Assembly (NCBI GenBank): GCA_029289235.1
Contig: JARFTZ010000052.1
Span: forward strand, 20,512-84,511
Direction: 5' to 3'
DNA: 64,000 nt
Origin: Gammaproteobacteria bacterium
Lineage (GTDB): Bacteria; Pseudomonadota; Gammaproteobacteria; Burkholderiales; Rhodocyclaceae
Made by a program: the position numbers and the translations under genes. Position 1 is the stretch's first letter. Each line of letters starts with the position of its first letter. The notes below the pieces were generated by a model. That model worked only from the letters and a program-made list of their open reading frames with translations. It was not told the DNA's origin and searched no databases. Shown piece after piece: positions 9,191 through 18,138 of this stretch.

Positions 9191-9388
9191 GGCGACACGA
9201 TCGATGCGGAGTTGGAGCGCCTTGGACCGATCGAAGAACGATACTGGCCTGGTTGGAATCTGGCAGACGCGACAGAAGGACAACGGCAGTACTTGCTTTG
9301 GCGAAAAAATCCTTGCCTGTTGGACACGGCTGTTGCGAAGCTCGCCAAAACTATTGCTGCGACTGTGCCTGCGTCGCTATCTAGGTAA
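9191..9388 (+). pseudogene. Orphan 3' fragment of an unrelated gene fused behind hsdM
   Basis: After the hsdM break, a different frame reads openly GDTIDAELERLGPIEERYWPGWNLADATEGQRQYLLWRKNPCLLDTAVAKLAKTIAATVPASLSR-stop (65 aa), with no start or RBS. Confidence 0.4.
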
Positions 9389-9404
9389 GCTGCAATTAGC
9401 AGGC

Positions 9405-9438
9405 TTTGGCATACCTTTGGCACAGTGGCCTGTGCCAA
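9405..9438. repeat. Direct plus inverted TTGGCA(T/C)A repeats, integrase arm-site-like
   Basis: TTTGGCATACC (9405-9415) and TTTGGCACAGT (9416-9426) in tandem, with inverted CTGTGCCAA (9430-9438), about 100 bp beyond the tRNA 3' end. Confidence 0.6.
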
Positions 9439-9492
9439 GCGCTGCAAAATCCAGCTAACCGCTGCAAATCGTAGCAACGTAACGAACAGAAA

Positions 9493-9530
9493 CTGAAAAG
9501 CCGCAAACCCTTGCGGGATGCGGCTTTCAG
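9493..9530 (-). terminator. Intrinsic terminator hairpin downstream of tRNA-Ser
   Basis: The minus strand reads CTGAAAGCCGCA-tcccgcaagggtt-TGCGGCTTTTCAG: a stem with a U-run, 10 nt after the CCA. Confidence 0.65.
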
Positions 9531-9539
9531 GTGCTGTTC

Positions 9540-9629
9540 TGGCGGAGAGGGGGGGATTCGAACCCCCGTTAGGCTTTCACCTAAACACGCTTTCCAGGCG
9601 TGCGACTTAAACCACTCATCCACCTCTCC
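9540..9629 (-). tRNA. tRNA-Ser (anticodon GGA)
   Basis: The minus strand reads GGAGAGGTGGATGAGTGGTTTAAGTCGCACGCCTGGAAAGCGTGTTTAGGTGAAAGCCTAACGGGGGTTCGAATCCCCCCCTCTCCGCCA. It has a 90-nt cloverleaf, long variable arm, anticodon stem CACGC/GCGTG with loop CTGGAAA, GTTCGAATC T-loop and encoded CCA. A TAGAAT -10 box with a GC-rich discriminator lies upstream (9642-9647). Confidence 0.97.
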
Positions 9630-9671
9630 AGAAGAGGGCGCATTCTAGCAGAAGCATTTTCGTTAACCAAA

Positions 9672-10613
9672 TCATCTTGGCAGTTCGGCGGGCGTGGCGA
9701 TTTCGACGGTGATGTGGACAAGTTCCTCGTGAATACTCAACTGGCTGCGGATTTCGTCTGCGTCGATGGCGGAATCGGCGCACAGGGCGACGATGCAGGC
9801 GTAGTTGCCGCGTCCGACCCGCCATACGTGAAGGTCGGTGACCTTGACCGGCGTGGGCAGACCGGCGAGAACCTCGTGGATTTCCGCGACGATCGGCGCG
9901 TCCATTTCCGCATCGAGCAGCACCCGGCCGGTGTCGCGCAACAGGCCGACGGCCCAGATGGCTACGAGGGCACCGCCGACGATGCCCATGACCGGGTCGA
10001 GCCAGGCGGCGCCCCAGAACTTGCCGAAGAACAGGGCGATGATCGCCAGCGCGGAGGTTGCCGCGTCGGTGATCACATGGATGTAGGCGGAGCGCTGGTT
10101 CAGGTCATGGTGGTGTTCGTGGTGCTGCCCGTGCGAGTGCTCATGGTGGTGCGCATGGTCGTCCCGCAACAGCCAGGCGCAGGCGAGGTTGACCAGCAGA
10201 CCGACGACCGCGATGGTCATGGCTTCGTCGTAGTGGATTTCGGTCGGCGAGATCAGTCGCTCGATCGACTGGAAAAACATCATTGCGGCAATGCCGATGA
10301 GGAAGATCGCACTCGTGTAGCCCGCCAGAATCTCGATTTTCCATGTTCCAAAGGCGAAGCGCGAGTCGCGCGAGAAGCGGCGGGCGGCCGCGTAGGCGAA
10401 GGCGGACAGGCCGAGCGCGAGGGCGTGCGAGCTCATGTGCCAGCCGTCGGCCAGAAGGGCCATGGAGTTGAAAACCCAGCCCCCGGCGATCTCCGCGATC
10501 ATCGTGATGATGGTCAGGCCGATCGCCCAGCGGGTGTTGCGTTCCGCGAGCGGGTTGCCAGTGTCGAAAACCTCGGTGTGGCAGAGTTTTCCGGTATGGG
10601 TGATGGTTTGCAT
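9672..10613 (-). CDS. dmeF: CDF-family Co(II)/Ni(II) efflux transporter DmeF
   Basis: SMALLADGWHMSSH, His-rich loop DDHAHHHEHSHGQHHEHHHDLN, HVITDA and DLHVWRVG; divergent from an RcnR-family repressor. Confidence 0.9.
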   Translation of the reverse strand: MQTITHTGKLCHTEVFDTGNPLAERNTRWAIGLTIITMIAEIAGGWVFNSMALLADGWHMSSHALALGLSAFAYAAARRFSRDSRFAFGTWKIEILAGYTSAIFLIGIAAMMFFQSIERLISPTEIHYDEAMTIAVVGLLVNLACAWLLRDDHAHHHEHSHGQHHEHHHDLNQRSAYIHVITDAATSALAIIALFFGKFWGAAWLDPVMGIVGGALVAIWAVGLLRDTGRVLLDAEMDAPIVAEIHEVLAGLPTPVKVTDLHVWRVGRGNYACIVALCADSAIDADEIRSQLSIHEELVHITVEIATPAELPR

Positions 10614-10641
10614 GGTCGGCGTCCTGGAAATTTCTTGGTAT

Positions 10642-10658
10642 ATACTATACCCCAGTAT
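10642..10658. promoter_or_regulatory. RcnR/CsoR-type operator (ATACT-ATACCCC-AGTAT)
   Basis: Inverted ATACT/AGTAT flanking a C-tract between the divergent dmeF and dmeR. This matches the known TACT-G/C-tract-AGTA architecture of the family. Confidence 0.7.
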
Positions 10659-10703
10659 GTTATTTTACAATGAGAACAGTTCGCAATTTTTGGAGGATGA
10701 GCC

Positions 10704-10979
10704 ATGCCCCATACCGTCAAGGGAAAGAAGCAGCTTCTGGTCCGCGTCCGCCGTATCAAGGGGCAGGCCGAGGCGCTGGAAAAAAGTCTCGATCAGGGCA
10801 GTGAGTGCTCGGCCGTGCTACAGCAGATCGCGGCCATTCGCGGCGCGGTCAATGGCCTGATGCTGGAAGTCCTTGAAGGCCACCTGCGTGACCATCTCGG
10901 CACCAATGTGATTCCGGAAGAGCAGCGCAGGGAGGATCTGGAACAGGTCGTTGGCGTGTTGCGCAGTTATCTGAAATAG
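10704..10979 (+). CDS. dmeR: RcnR/CsoR/FrmR-family metal-sensing repressor (DmeR)
   Basis: RVRRIKGQ and QIAAIRGAVNGL motifs; H3-C35-H60-H64 fingerprint; RBS GGAGG. Confidence 0.88.
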   Translation: MPHTVKGKKQLLVRVRRIKGQAEALEKSLDQGSECSAVLQQIAAIRGAVNGLMLEVLEGHLRDHLGTNVIPEEQRREDLEQVVGVLRSYLK

Positions 10980-11067
10980 TCTCGACTCGCGGGAGGGCGA
11001 ACTCGCCGCGTTCGTCATCGTCTGAGTTATAGCTGTCCGATGTCCAAGCCATTCCTGGAGCTTCTGT

Positions 11068-11643
11068 ATGTACTCGCTTCCGCCCGTAACACAGGCGCTG
11101 ATCATCGCCAACGTCGCCGTTTACTTTCTTGATTCACTGGCAGGACGGTCGCTCAGCATGCTTTTCGCGCTGTGGCCGATCGGTCCGCACTTCATGCCCT
11201 GGCAGATCGTTTCCTATGCTTTCCTGCACGGCGGATTGGCCCATCTGCTGTTCAATGTGTACGGCCTGTACATGTTCGGCGGCGATGTCGAGCGCGTCTG
11301 GGGGCCGCGTCGCTACCTGACTTTTTATTTCGTTTGCGCCATCGCGGCGGCAATCGCGCAGCTTGTGGTGGCGACGTTCTCCGGCGCCTATTACCCGACC
11401 GTTGGCGCTTCCGGCGCGCTGTTCGGCCTGCTGCTTGCCTTCGCCCGCTGTTTTCCGCATCGCGTGGTGATGCCGCTGTTTCCGCCGATCCCGATGCGGG
11501 CGCCAGTGTTCGTCATGGTGTTCGGCGCCCTCGAACTGCTGCTTGGCGTGAGCGGCACGCAATCGGGCGTCGCCCATTTCGCCCACCTCGGCGGGCTGGC
11601 CGGCGGCTACCTCTATCTGCGCTTCAACCGGCGCTGGCGGTAG
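11068..11643 (+). CDS. Rhomboid-family intramembrane serine protease
   Basis: HLLFN, catalytic GASG and AHFAHLGG motifs; multiple TM segments. Confidence 0.92.
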   Translation: MYSLPPVTQALIIANVAVYFLDSLAGRSLSMLFALWPIGPHFMPWQIVSYAFLHGGLAHLLFNVYGLYMFGGDVERVWGPRRYLTFYFVCAIAAAIAQLVVATFSGAYYPTVGASGALFGLLLAFARCFPHRVVMPLFPPIPMRAPVFVMVFGALELLLGVSGTQSGVAHFAHLGGLAGGYLYLRFNRRWR

Positions 11644-11647
11644 GAAC

Positions 11648-11956
11648 TCAGGTCGACAGCTTGCGGCCGAGCTGGCTTTCGACCGAGGCGATCTTCGACT
11701 TCATCCGGCTTTCCGCTCCGGCACGATAGTCGATCTTGATCTGCGTGTTGATGCGTGGGCAATCGTCCTTCAGCGCCTCGAAGCAGCGGGTTACCACGCC
11801 CATGGCCTCATCCCACTCACCCTCGATGATCGTGCTCATCGGCGTGAGTTGATAGGTCAGGCCACTCTTGTCGATGATGTCGAGGATGCGGGCGACGTAG
11901 CGGCTCTTGCTTTCGCCTTCGCTGGTTGGAAACATCGTGAATTCGAGCATTACCAT
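11648..11956 (-). CDS. MTH1187/YkoF-family thiamine-binding protein
   Basis: About 102 aa: LEFTMFP...YVARILDIIDKSGLTYQLTPMSTIIEGEWDE...RINTQIKIDYR, typical of this family. Confidence 0.85.
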   Translation of the reverse strand: MVMLEFTMFPTSEGESKSRYVARILDIIDKSGLTYQLTPMSTIIEGEWDEAMGVVTRCFEALKDDCPRINTQIKIDYRAGAESRMKSKIASVESQLGRKLST

Positions 11957-12174
11957 GTGGGGGCTCCCGCGGCTGGCGTTGTTTGGGTAAGGAAGGCGGG
12001 ATTTTCTCACGGACGATGGCGGGGGATGGACGGTTGCCGTGCAAAACATGCGCTCGTCGGGAGATTTGCCTGCTCAGTCGATCGGTTTTCAGGGATATCA
12101 TCTGCAACCGTGCCCGTCGCGGTTTGCAGCGCCGGGCAGCGGTAAAAAAACTGTACCAACGGTGAGGAGAGGCA

Positions 12175-13461
12175 ATGCCTGTCGGGGATCTGCCATACGT
12201 CGGGGTGGAGCAGCTCGAGGTCGGCATGTATGTGTATATCGACCTGAAATGGTTCCAGCATCCGTTCGCCTTCAACAATTTCAAGATCAAGGACGCGGAG
12301 CAGATTGCGACGATCCGCGGGCTTGGGCTCAAGCGAGTGCGCTTCGATCCTTCGCGCAGCGACAGCAAGCCGAGCGCGCGCGAGGCGGAACAGTCGGCGG
12401 CTGCGGTCGTTGCCGACGAGCCGGTATTGAAGGAGCATCCGGCGCTGGCCGCCAAGCGGGCGTTGATCGAGAAAATCAAGGTGCAGCGCGAAGCTGCGGC
12501 GCGCATCGAGCACGCGTTCGTCGATACGGCGAAAACCATCCGCGACGTCGAGAAGAACCTGCTGAGCGATCCGGAGAAGACCGTTGCGCAGGCCAGCAAG
12601 CTGGTCGGGCAGATCGCCGATTCGATCCTCTCGGCGCCCGAACTGGCGATTCATGTCATGGGCGACAAGATCGGCGGCGAGGAACTGTATTTCCATGCCC
12701 TGAACGTGACGATGCTCTCGCTGATGGTCGCGCGCGAAATCCGTCTGCCGCAGGAGGCCGTGCAGCCGCTCGGCATGGGCGCGCTGTTCCATGACGTCGG
12801 TCGGCGCGAGATTCCCGACAAGGTCCTGATGAAAATGGAACCGCTGACCCAGGCGGAGCAGAATCTTTACGAGATGCACTGCCAGTACGGCATCGATATC
12901 GGCCGCAAGCTCGGTTTTTTGCCCGCCGTGCTGGCGATCATCGGCGAGCACCATGAACTCTATGACGGCAGCGGCTACCCGAAAGGGCTCAAGGGCGAGG
13001 CGATCAACCTGCTGGCGCGCATCGTCGCGATCGCCAACTACTACGACAAGCTGTGCAACCCGGTGAATGTCCTCAACGCGCTGACGCCGCACGAGGCGCT
13101 GGCGACCATGTTCGCCAAGTTGCGGACCCGGTTCGATTCCCGGCTGCTGCAGGTCTTCGTTCGCTGCCTGGGGGTGTATCCGCCGGGAACCGTCGTCCAG
13201 CTTTCCAACGGCGTCATCGGGATGGTCGCCACGATCAACACCGCCAAGCCGATGAAACCGATGGTCGTGGTCTACGACGCGGAAATCCCCAAGGACGAGG
13301 CCTTGCTGGTCGATCTCGAGACCGAGGCCGATGTCAATATCGCCAAGGCGCTGCGACCGGGCCAACTGCCGCGGGAGATCTACACCTACCTCAATCCGCG
13401 CAAGCAGGTCAGCTACTACTTCGACGCCAGCGCGGCGAACAAGGAACCGGCCAAGCCATGA
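12175..13461 (+). CDS. HD-GYP c-di-GMP phosphodiesterase with N-terminal DUF3391-like domain
   Basis: VEQLEVGMYV...WFQHPF N-terminus; LFHDVG and HHELYDGSGYP motifs intact. Confidence 0.9.
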   Translation: MPVGDLPYVGVEQLEVGMYVYIDLKWFQHPFAFNNFKIKDAEQIATIRGLGLKRVRFDPSRSDSKPSAREAEQSAAAVVADEPVLKEHPALAAKRALIEKIKVQREAAARIEHAFVDTAKTIRDVEKNLLSDPEKTVAQASKLVGQIADSILSAPELAIHVMGDKIGGEELYFHALNVTMLSLMVAREIRLPQEAVQPLGMGALFHDVGRREIPDKVLMKMEPLTQAEQNLYEMHCQYGIDIGRKLGFLPAVLAIIGEHHELYDGSGYPKGLKGEAINLLARIVAIANYYDKLCNPVNVLNALTPHEALATMFAKLRTRFDSRLLQVFVRCLGVYPPGTVVQLSNGVIGMVATINTAKPMKPMVVVYDAEIPKDEALLVDLETEADVNIAKALRPGQLPREIYTYLNPRKQVSYYFDASAANKEPAKP

Positions 13462-16223
13462 GTGCCGGGAGCAACCCAGACAACCTCGACCGCCTGCTGC
13501 TCGACAACACCGAGCAGATGATCTTTCTCGTCGAGCCGGAAAGCCTGCGCATCGTCAAGGCCAACCGGGTCGCCGCGCAGACGCTCGGTTACGATCCCGG
13601 ACGGCTGCTGGAAATGAGCATCCTCGACATCGAGAGCGCGCTGCAGGACATTTTTTACTGGGAAGAGGTCCGGAGCGGGCAGGTGGCCAGCATCGAGTCG
13701 CAGGAGGCGATCTACCTGTGCGCCGACGGGTCGATGCGCGCGGCGGCCAAGAGCATCCGCCTGGTCGAGCAGGACGGCAAGCGCTGGTTGATGGTTCAGG
13801 CGCGCGAGATCGGCGACGAGCTGCGCATCGAGGACACGCTTGCGCGGACCACCTCGCAGTTGCGCGCAACGCTCGAATCGACCGGCAACGGCATCCTGGT
13901 CATCGACTGGCAGGGCAGGATCGCCAGCATGAACCGGTTGTTCAGCGCGATGTGGCAGGTGCCGGAAGACTTGCTCCTGAATCAGCGCGACGAGGATATC
14001 CTCGCGTTTGTCGCCGCCTCGGTGGAGGAGTCCGGGCACGTTCGCCAGCGATTGCACGAAATCGTCGTGAGCACCGAGACCGACGACATCCTGCATCTCC
14101 TCGACGGCCGGGTGTTCCAGTGCAAATCGTTGCCGCAGTATCTGGAGGAGCGGATCATCGGCCGCGTCTTCGGCTTCAACGACATCACCGAGCGCATCCG
14201 CATCGAACAGGATCTGATCGCCGCGCGCGAACGGGCTGAACTGGCGAACCAGGCCAAGGCCGATTTCCTGGCGATGATGTCGCACGAAATCCGCACGCCG
14301 ATGAACGGAGTCATGGGCATGACCGGCCTGCTGCTCGATACGCCGCTTGGTGTCGAGCAGAAACGCTACCTCGATATCATCCGTTCGAGTTCCGAGGCGT
14401 TGCTGGCGATCATCAACGATATCCTGGATTTCTCCAAGATCGAGGCGCGGAAGCTCACGCTCGAAGCCGTCGATTTCAGTCTCCCGGACCTGCTCGAAGA
14501 CCTGGCCGACCTGTATGCCCTGCGCGCGGCGGAAAAAGGGCTGGAGTACGTCTGGAGTGCCGACCCCGATGTGCCGGAGAGGCTGTCCGGCGATTCCGGG
14601 CGGATTCGCCAGGTGCTGACCAACATCGTTGGGAACTCGATCAAGTTCACCCATGCCGGCTCGATTTCACTGAACCTCAGCCGGTTGCCCGACCGGGACG
14701 GGCGCGTTCTCCTCCAGTTCGAGATCGCTGACACCGGCATCGGCATCGCCGAAAGCAACCTCGGCAAGATCTTCGCCCCGTTCGAGCAAGGCGATTCGAC
14801 GACGACGCGCAAATATGGCGGGACAGGGCTGGGGCTGGCGATTTCGCGGCAATTGGTCGAATTGATGGGCGGCGAGATGTCGGTCTCCAGCCAGGAGGGG
14901 CACGGTACGGTATTCAGTTTCACGATCGCCCTGGCATGGCCCGCCGCCGCACCGGCGGGGGCGCTACCGTCGGTGCCCGAGGCGTGGCGCGGGCGGCGCG
15001 TGCTGGTGGTCGAGGGGAACGCCATGGCCCTGGCCGGGCGGGTGTCGCTGCTCCATCACTGGGGGCTGGATGCCGAAGGTGCGCTTGATGCGGAGGGCGC
15101 GGCGGCGCACATCGCTTCGGCGATGTCGGAAGGGCGGCCGTTCCGCTGCGTTGCGGTCGCCGAGTCGCTGTTGTTCGATGCCGTTTCCGGACAGCCGTTG
15201 TTGCCGCTGGAAACGCTGAAAACCTCAGGCGCCGCGCTGATTCGCTGTCTGCCCGCGGGATTCCGGGGCGAGGCACGGCCGGTCGACGGCGCCGGCGCGG
15301 TGCTGTTCCTGCACAAGCCGATTCGCCGCGCCGGCCTGCGCAATGTTCTGCACGAGGCGTTCGGCGACGTTGTTGCTGTCTCGGAGAATGTTGCATCCCC
15401 GGCAGGGGCGGGCGGCGACGACGCGACATGGAAGCGCGACAAGCGTCTGCTGGTCGTCGAGGACAACGCGATCAACATGACGGTCATGCGCGGTGTGCTG
15501 AGCAAGCTCGGTTACGCGCAGATCGACAAGGCGCGCGATGGCGTCGAGGCTGTCGACATGGCCGCCCGGACCGGCTACGACCTGATCCTGATGGATTGCC
15601 AGATGCCGCGCATGGACGGCTACGAGGCGACGCGGCAATTGCGCGGTCTTGGAATACGCAGCCCGATCGTGGCGATGACCGCGCATGCGTTGAGCGGCGA
15701 CCGCGAGAAATGCCTCGACGCCGGCATGGACGACTATCTGACCAAGCCGGTGGTGATAGGCGCGCTGGCGGCGTGCCTCGAACGGTGGCTCCATGCCGCG
15801 ACGCCTGCGGCGAGTCCGTTACCGGCGGCGCCGGACGACGTGCCCGCGCCTCCTGCCGCCGCGTCGGGGGCGGAGTCTTTCCATTACGCCGACTTCCTCA
15901 AGCTGATGATGGGCGACGAGGCGCTGGCGGAGGCCCTGGTGAAGATGTTCGTCGCCAATACGCCGGGCGATATCGCCCGACTCGAGGAAGCGACCGCGCA
16001 GGGCGACGCCGAAGCGGTTCGCTCAAAGGCGCATTTTGTCAAGGGCGCGGCCGCCAACATGTGCGCTCCCCGTATCAACGCCGCGGCCTTTGCCATCGAA
16101 CGCGCCGGGGCGGGGGGAGACATCGAAGGTGCGCGGAAACTGCTCCCCGAACTCGATCGCGCCTGGCAGGAGTTCCTCAGCCACCCGGCGGTGGTTCGCT
16201 GCCTGGCGGCGCCGACTCGCTAG
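13458..16223 (+). CDS. Hybrid histidine kinase: PAS-PAS-HisKA-HATPase-pseudoREC-REC-HPt
   Basis: ATG 13458 overlaps the upstream stop (ATGA). FLAMMSHEIRTPMNG H-box; N, G1 and G2 boxes; a degenerate receiver; an intact REC (LVVEDN...ILMDCQMP...KP); HPt AHFVKGAAAN. Confidence 0.92.
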   Translation: MSAGSNPDNLDRLLLDNTEQMIFLVEPESLRIVKANRVAAQTLGYDPGRLLEMSILDIESALQDIFYWEEVRSGQVASIESQEAIYLCADGSMRAAAKSIRLVEQDGKRWLMVQAREIGDELRIEDTLARTTSQLRATLESTGNGILVIDWQGRIASMNRLFSAMWQVPEDLLLNQRDEDILAFVAASVEESGHVRQRLHEIVVSTETDDILHLLDGRVFQCKSLPQYLEERIIGRVFGFNDITERIRIEQDLIAARERAELANQAKADFLAMMSHEIRTPMNGVMGMTGLLLDTPLGVEQKRYLDIIRSSSEALLAIINDILDFSKIEARKLTLEAVDFSLPDLLEDLADLYALRAAEKGLEYVWSADPDVPERLSGDSGRIRQVLTNIVGNSIKFTHAGSISLNLSRLPDRDGRVLLQFEIADTGIGIAESNLGKIFAPFEQGDSTTTRKYGGTGLGLAISRQLVELMGGEMSVSSQEGHGTVFSFTIALAWPAAAPAGALPSVPEAWRGRRVLVVEGNAMALAGRVSLLHHWGLDAEGALDAEGAAAHIASAMSEGRPFRCVAVAESLLFDAVSGQPLLPLETLKTSGAALIRCLPAGFRGEARPVDGAGAVLFLHKPIRRAGLRNVLHEAFGDVVAVSENVASPAGAGGDDATWKRDKRLLVVEDNAINMTVMRGVLSKLGYAQIDKARDGVEAVDMAARTGYDLILMDCQMPRMDGYEATRQLRGLGIRSPIVAMTAHALSGDREKCLDAGMDDYLTKPVVIGALAACLERWLHAATPAASPLPAAPDDVPAPPAAASGAESFHYADFLKLMMGDEALAEALVKMFVANTPGDIARLEEATAQGDAEAVRSKAHFVKGAAANMCAPRINAAAFAIERAGAGGDIEGARKLLPELDRAWQEFLSHPAVVRCLAAPTR

Positions 16224-17556
16224 ACGCGGGTTGGCGGATCGGCAGGGTGATCCGGAAGGTGGTGCCGCGGCCGGGCTCGCTGTCGACCTCGATCCGGCCG
16301 TTGTGCTTGCGGATGATGCCGTGGGTGATCGACAGGCCCAGTCCGGTGCCTGTCCCGACGGGCTTTGTGGTGAAGAAGGGATCGAAGATCCGGTTGAGGA
16401 TCTGCTGCGGAATGCCGGAGCCGGTGTCGGCGATCTCGATGCAGACGTTGTCGCCGCTCCGGCGCGTGCGCAAGGTGATGACGCCGTGCGTATCGATCGC
16501 CTGGGCGGCATTGACCAGGAGGTTCATGAAGACCTGGTTCAGTTGTGAGGGAATGCACTCGATCTCGGGAATGCCGCCGTAGTCCTTGACGACCTCGGCC
16601 TTGTACTTCAGCTCGTTCCAGACCACGTTGAGCGTGCTTTCCAGGCCGGTTTCGATGTTGGCCCACTGCATGTCGGTTTCGCTGACGTGCGAGAAGTCCT
16701 TCAGGTCCTGCACGATGCGCTTGACGCGCTGCAGGCCGCCGACCGATTCGGCGAGGAGGTCGCTGATGTCCTCGCGCAGGTAGGCAAGATCGCCTTCTTC
16801 CTTGAGCAGGTTCAGGGCGTCGCGCGTTTCCGGCGACAGTTCATGCTCGTGTTTCTCGTAGGCGTTGATCAGGCGGAGCAGGGTGGCGACGTATTGCTGC
16901 AGGGCGCCGAGGTTGGAGTTGATGTAGCCCACCGGGTTGTTGATCTCGTGGGCGACACCGGCGGCCAGTTGGCCGATCGAGGCCATTTTCTCGGATTGCA
17001 GCAGCTGGTTGTGCGCGTCCTCCAGCCGCTCGATGAGGATGCGCTGCTCGGCTTTTTCCCGCTGCAAGGCCTTTTCGGCGCGCTTTCGTTCCTCCAGTTG
17101 CTCGCGCAATGCTTCAGTCAGCGCGGCGACCTGGCGCGTCAGGCGCAGTTCCTCGGTCGTCTTGCGATCGCGCACGCATTTGCCGATGGCGTCGGCCAGC
17201 AGGTGCATGTCCACCGGCTTGGAGATGTAGCGCTCGACACCGAGCGCCAGCGCCTGCCGCAGGCTGCCGTTGTCCCGGTCGGCGGTGATGACAATGATCT
17301 GGGCGTCCGGATCTTCTGCCTTGATCGCCTTGCTCATCATCAGGCCGTCCATGCGCGGCATGAAGATGTCGGTGACGATCACGTCCGGCCGCCACTGCCG
17401 CCATTTCGCCAGTCCTTCCTCGCCATCGGTGGCAACCTGGATCTCCGCAACGAAGCGTCCGGCGAGGTGCTGCATCTGGGTGCGCAGGATCGGGTCGTCG
17501 TCGACGACCAGGACGCGGGCCTGGATCAGGCGGGTGTCACCGTTTTCCTCGGTCAT
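16177..17556 (-). CDS. REC-coiled-coil-histidine kinase (NtrB-like)
   Basis: N-terminal REC (VVDDD...TDIFMP...KP), H-box QSEKMASIGQLAAGVAHEINNP, LNQVFMNLLVNA and FFTTKPVGTGTGLGL. Confidence 0.92.
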   Translation of the reverse strand: MTEENGDTRLIQARVLVVDDDPILRTQMQHLAGRFVAEIQVATDGEEGLAKWRQWRPDVIVTDIFMPRMDGLMMSKAIKAEDPDAQIIVITADRDNGSLRQALALGVERYISKPVDMHLLADAIGKCVRDRKTTEELRLTRQVAALTEALREQLEERKRAEKALQREKAEQRILIERLEDAHNQLLQSEKMASIGQLAAGVAHEINNPVGYINSNLGALQQYVATLLRLINAYEKHEHELSPETRDALNLLKEEGDLAYLREDISDLLAESVGGLQRVKRIVQDLKDFSHVSETDMQWANIETGLESTLNVVWNELKYKAEVVKDYGGIPEIECIPSQLNQVFMNLLVNAAQAIDTHGVITLRTRRSGDNVCIEIADTGSGIPQQILNRIFDPFFTTKPVGTGTGLGLSITHGIIRKHNGRIEVDSEPGRGTTFRITLPIRQPASSESAPPGSEPPPGG

Positions 17557-17565
17557 GGCGCAGGG

Positions 17566-18138
17566 CTACCGCGAATAATCGTCGAGCAGCGATTCATCGA
17601 GCAGGATCGATCCATCCGGACCCCAGGTGACTTGCGTTATTCCCGGCTCGATCGCTTCCAGGCGCTTGCGCTCTATTTCCTCGGGCGAGATCGCGCCGGC
17701 CGCCAGGCGAACCTGGTCGGCGAGCCGCTGGTTCTCCAGCGTCAGTTCACGCAGCGTCAGCACCTGCCCGAGCGTGGCGATCAGCTCGTAATCGTTCCAG
17801 GGCTTGGATATGAAACGGGAGATGCCGGCTTCGTTGATCGCACTGATCAGGCCGTTCAGGTCGGCGTAGCCGGAAAGGATCAGCCGGGCCGCGTCGGGCT
17901 GGATCTCGCGGAGCGCCCTGAGCAGCTGGACGCCGTTCATCTGCGGCATGCGGTAGTCGGAGAGGACGAGTGCGTAGGCAGTGTTCCGGGCTTTCTCCAG
18001 CGCTTCGAGCGGCGACGTGAAGTAATCGACCTGCAGTTTCTCGCTGGTGTCGCCGATCGTGCACGGCGTGAGGATCAGCAGGCGGCGCAGTGCCTTGAGG
18101 ATCGATTCGTCGTCATCGACGACCATGATGCGGGTCAT
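17566..18138 (-). CDS. Response regulator (HupR-like REC plus short C-terminal extension)
   Basis: VVDDDE...LSDYRMPQMNG...LSGYAD...ISKPW, followed by about 50 aa with no DNA-binding domain; ATGA overlap with the upstream gene. Confidence 0.88.
   Translation of the reverse strand: MTRIMVVDDDESILKALRRLLILTPCTIGDTSEKLQVDYFTSPLEALEKARNTAYALVLSDYRMPQMNGVQLLRALREIQPDAARLILSGYADLNGLISAINEAGISRFISKPWNDYELIATLGQVLTLRELTLENQRLADQVRLAAGAISPEEIERKRLEAIEPGITQVTWGPDGSILLDESLLDDYSR

Noticed and set aside
8451-9458. ORF track's 335-aa 'complete' protein
   Set aside because: It is a chimera: a non-coding 5' extension, the deleted hsdM and out-of-frame read-through after 9188. It is not a functional methyltransferase, since motif I and NPPF are absent.
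10704-10979. Assignment as FrmR of a formaldehyde-detoxification locus
   Set aside because: There are no frmA/frmB genes, the divergent partner is a His-rich CDF exporter, and His64 rather than Glu64 fits RcnR/DmeR.
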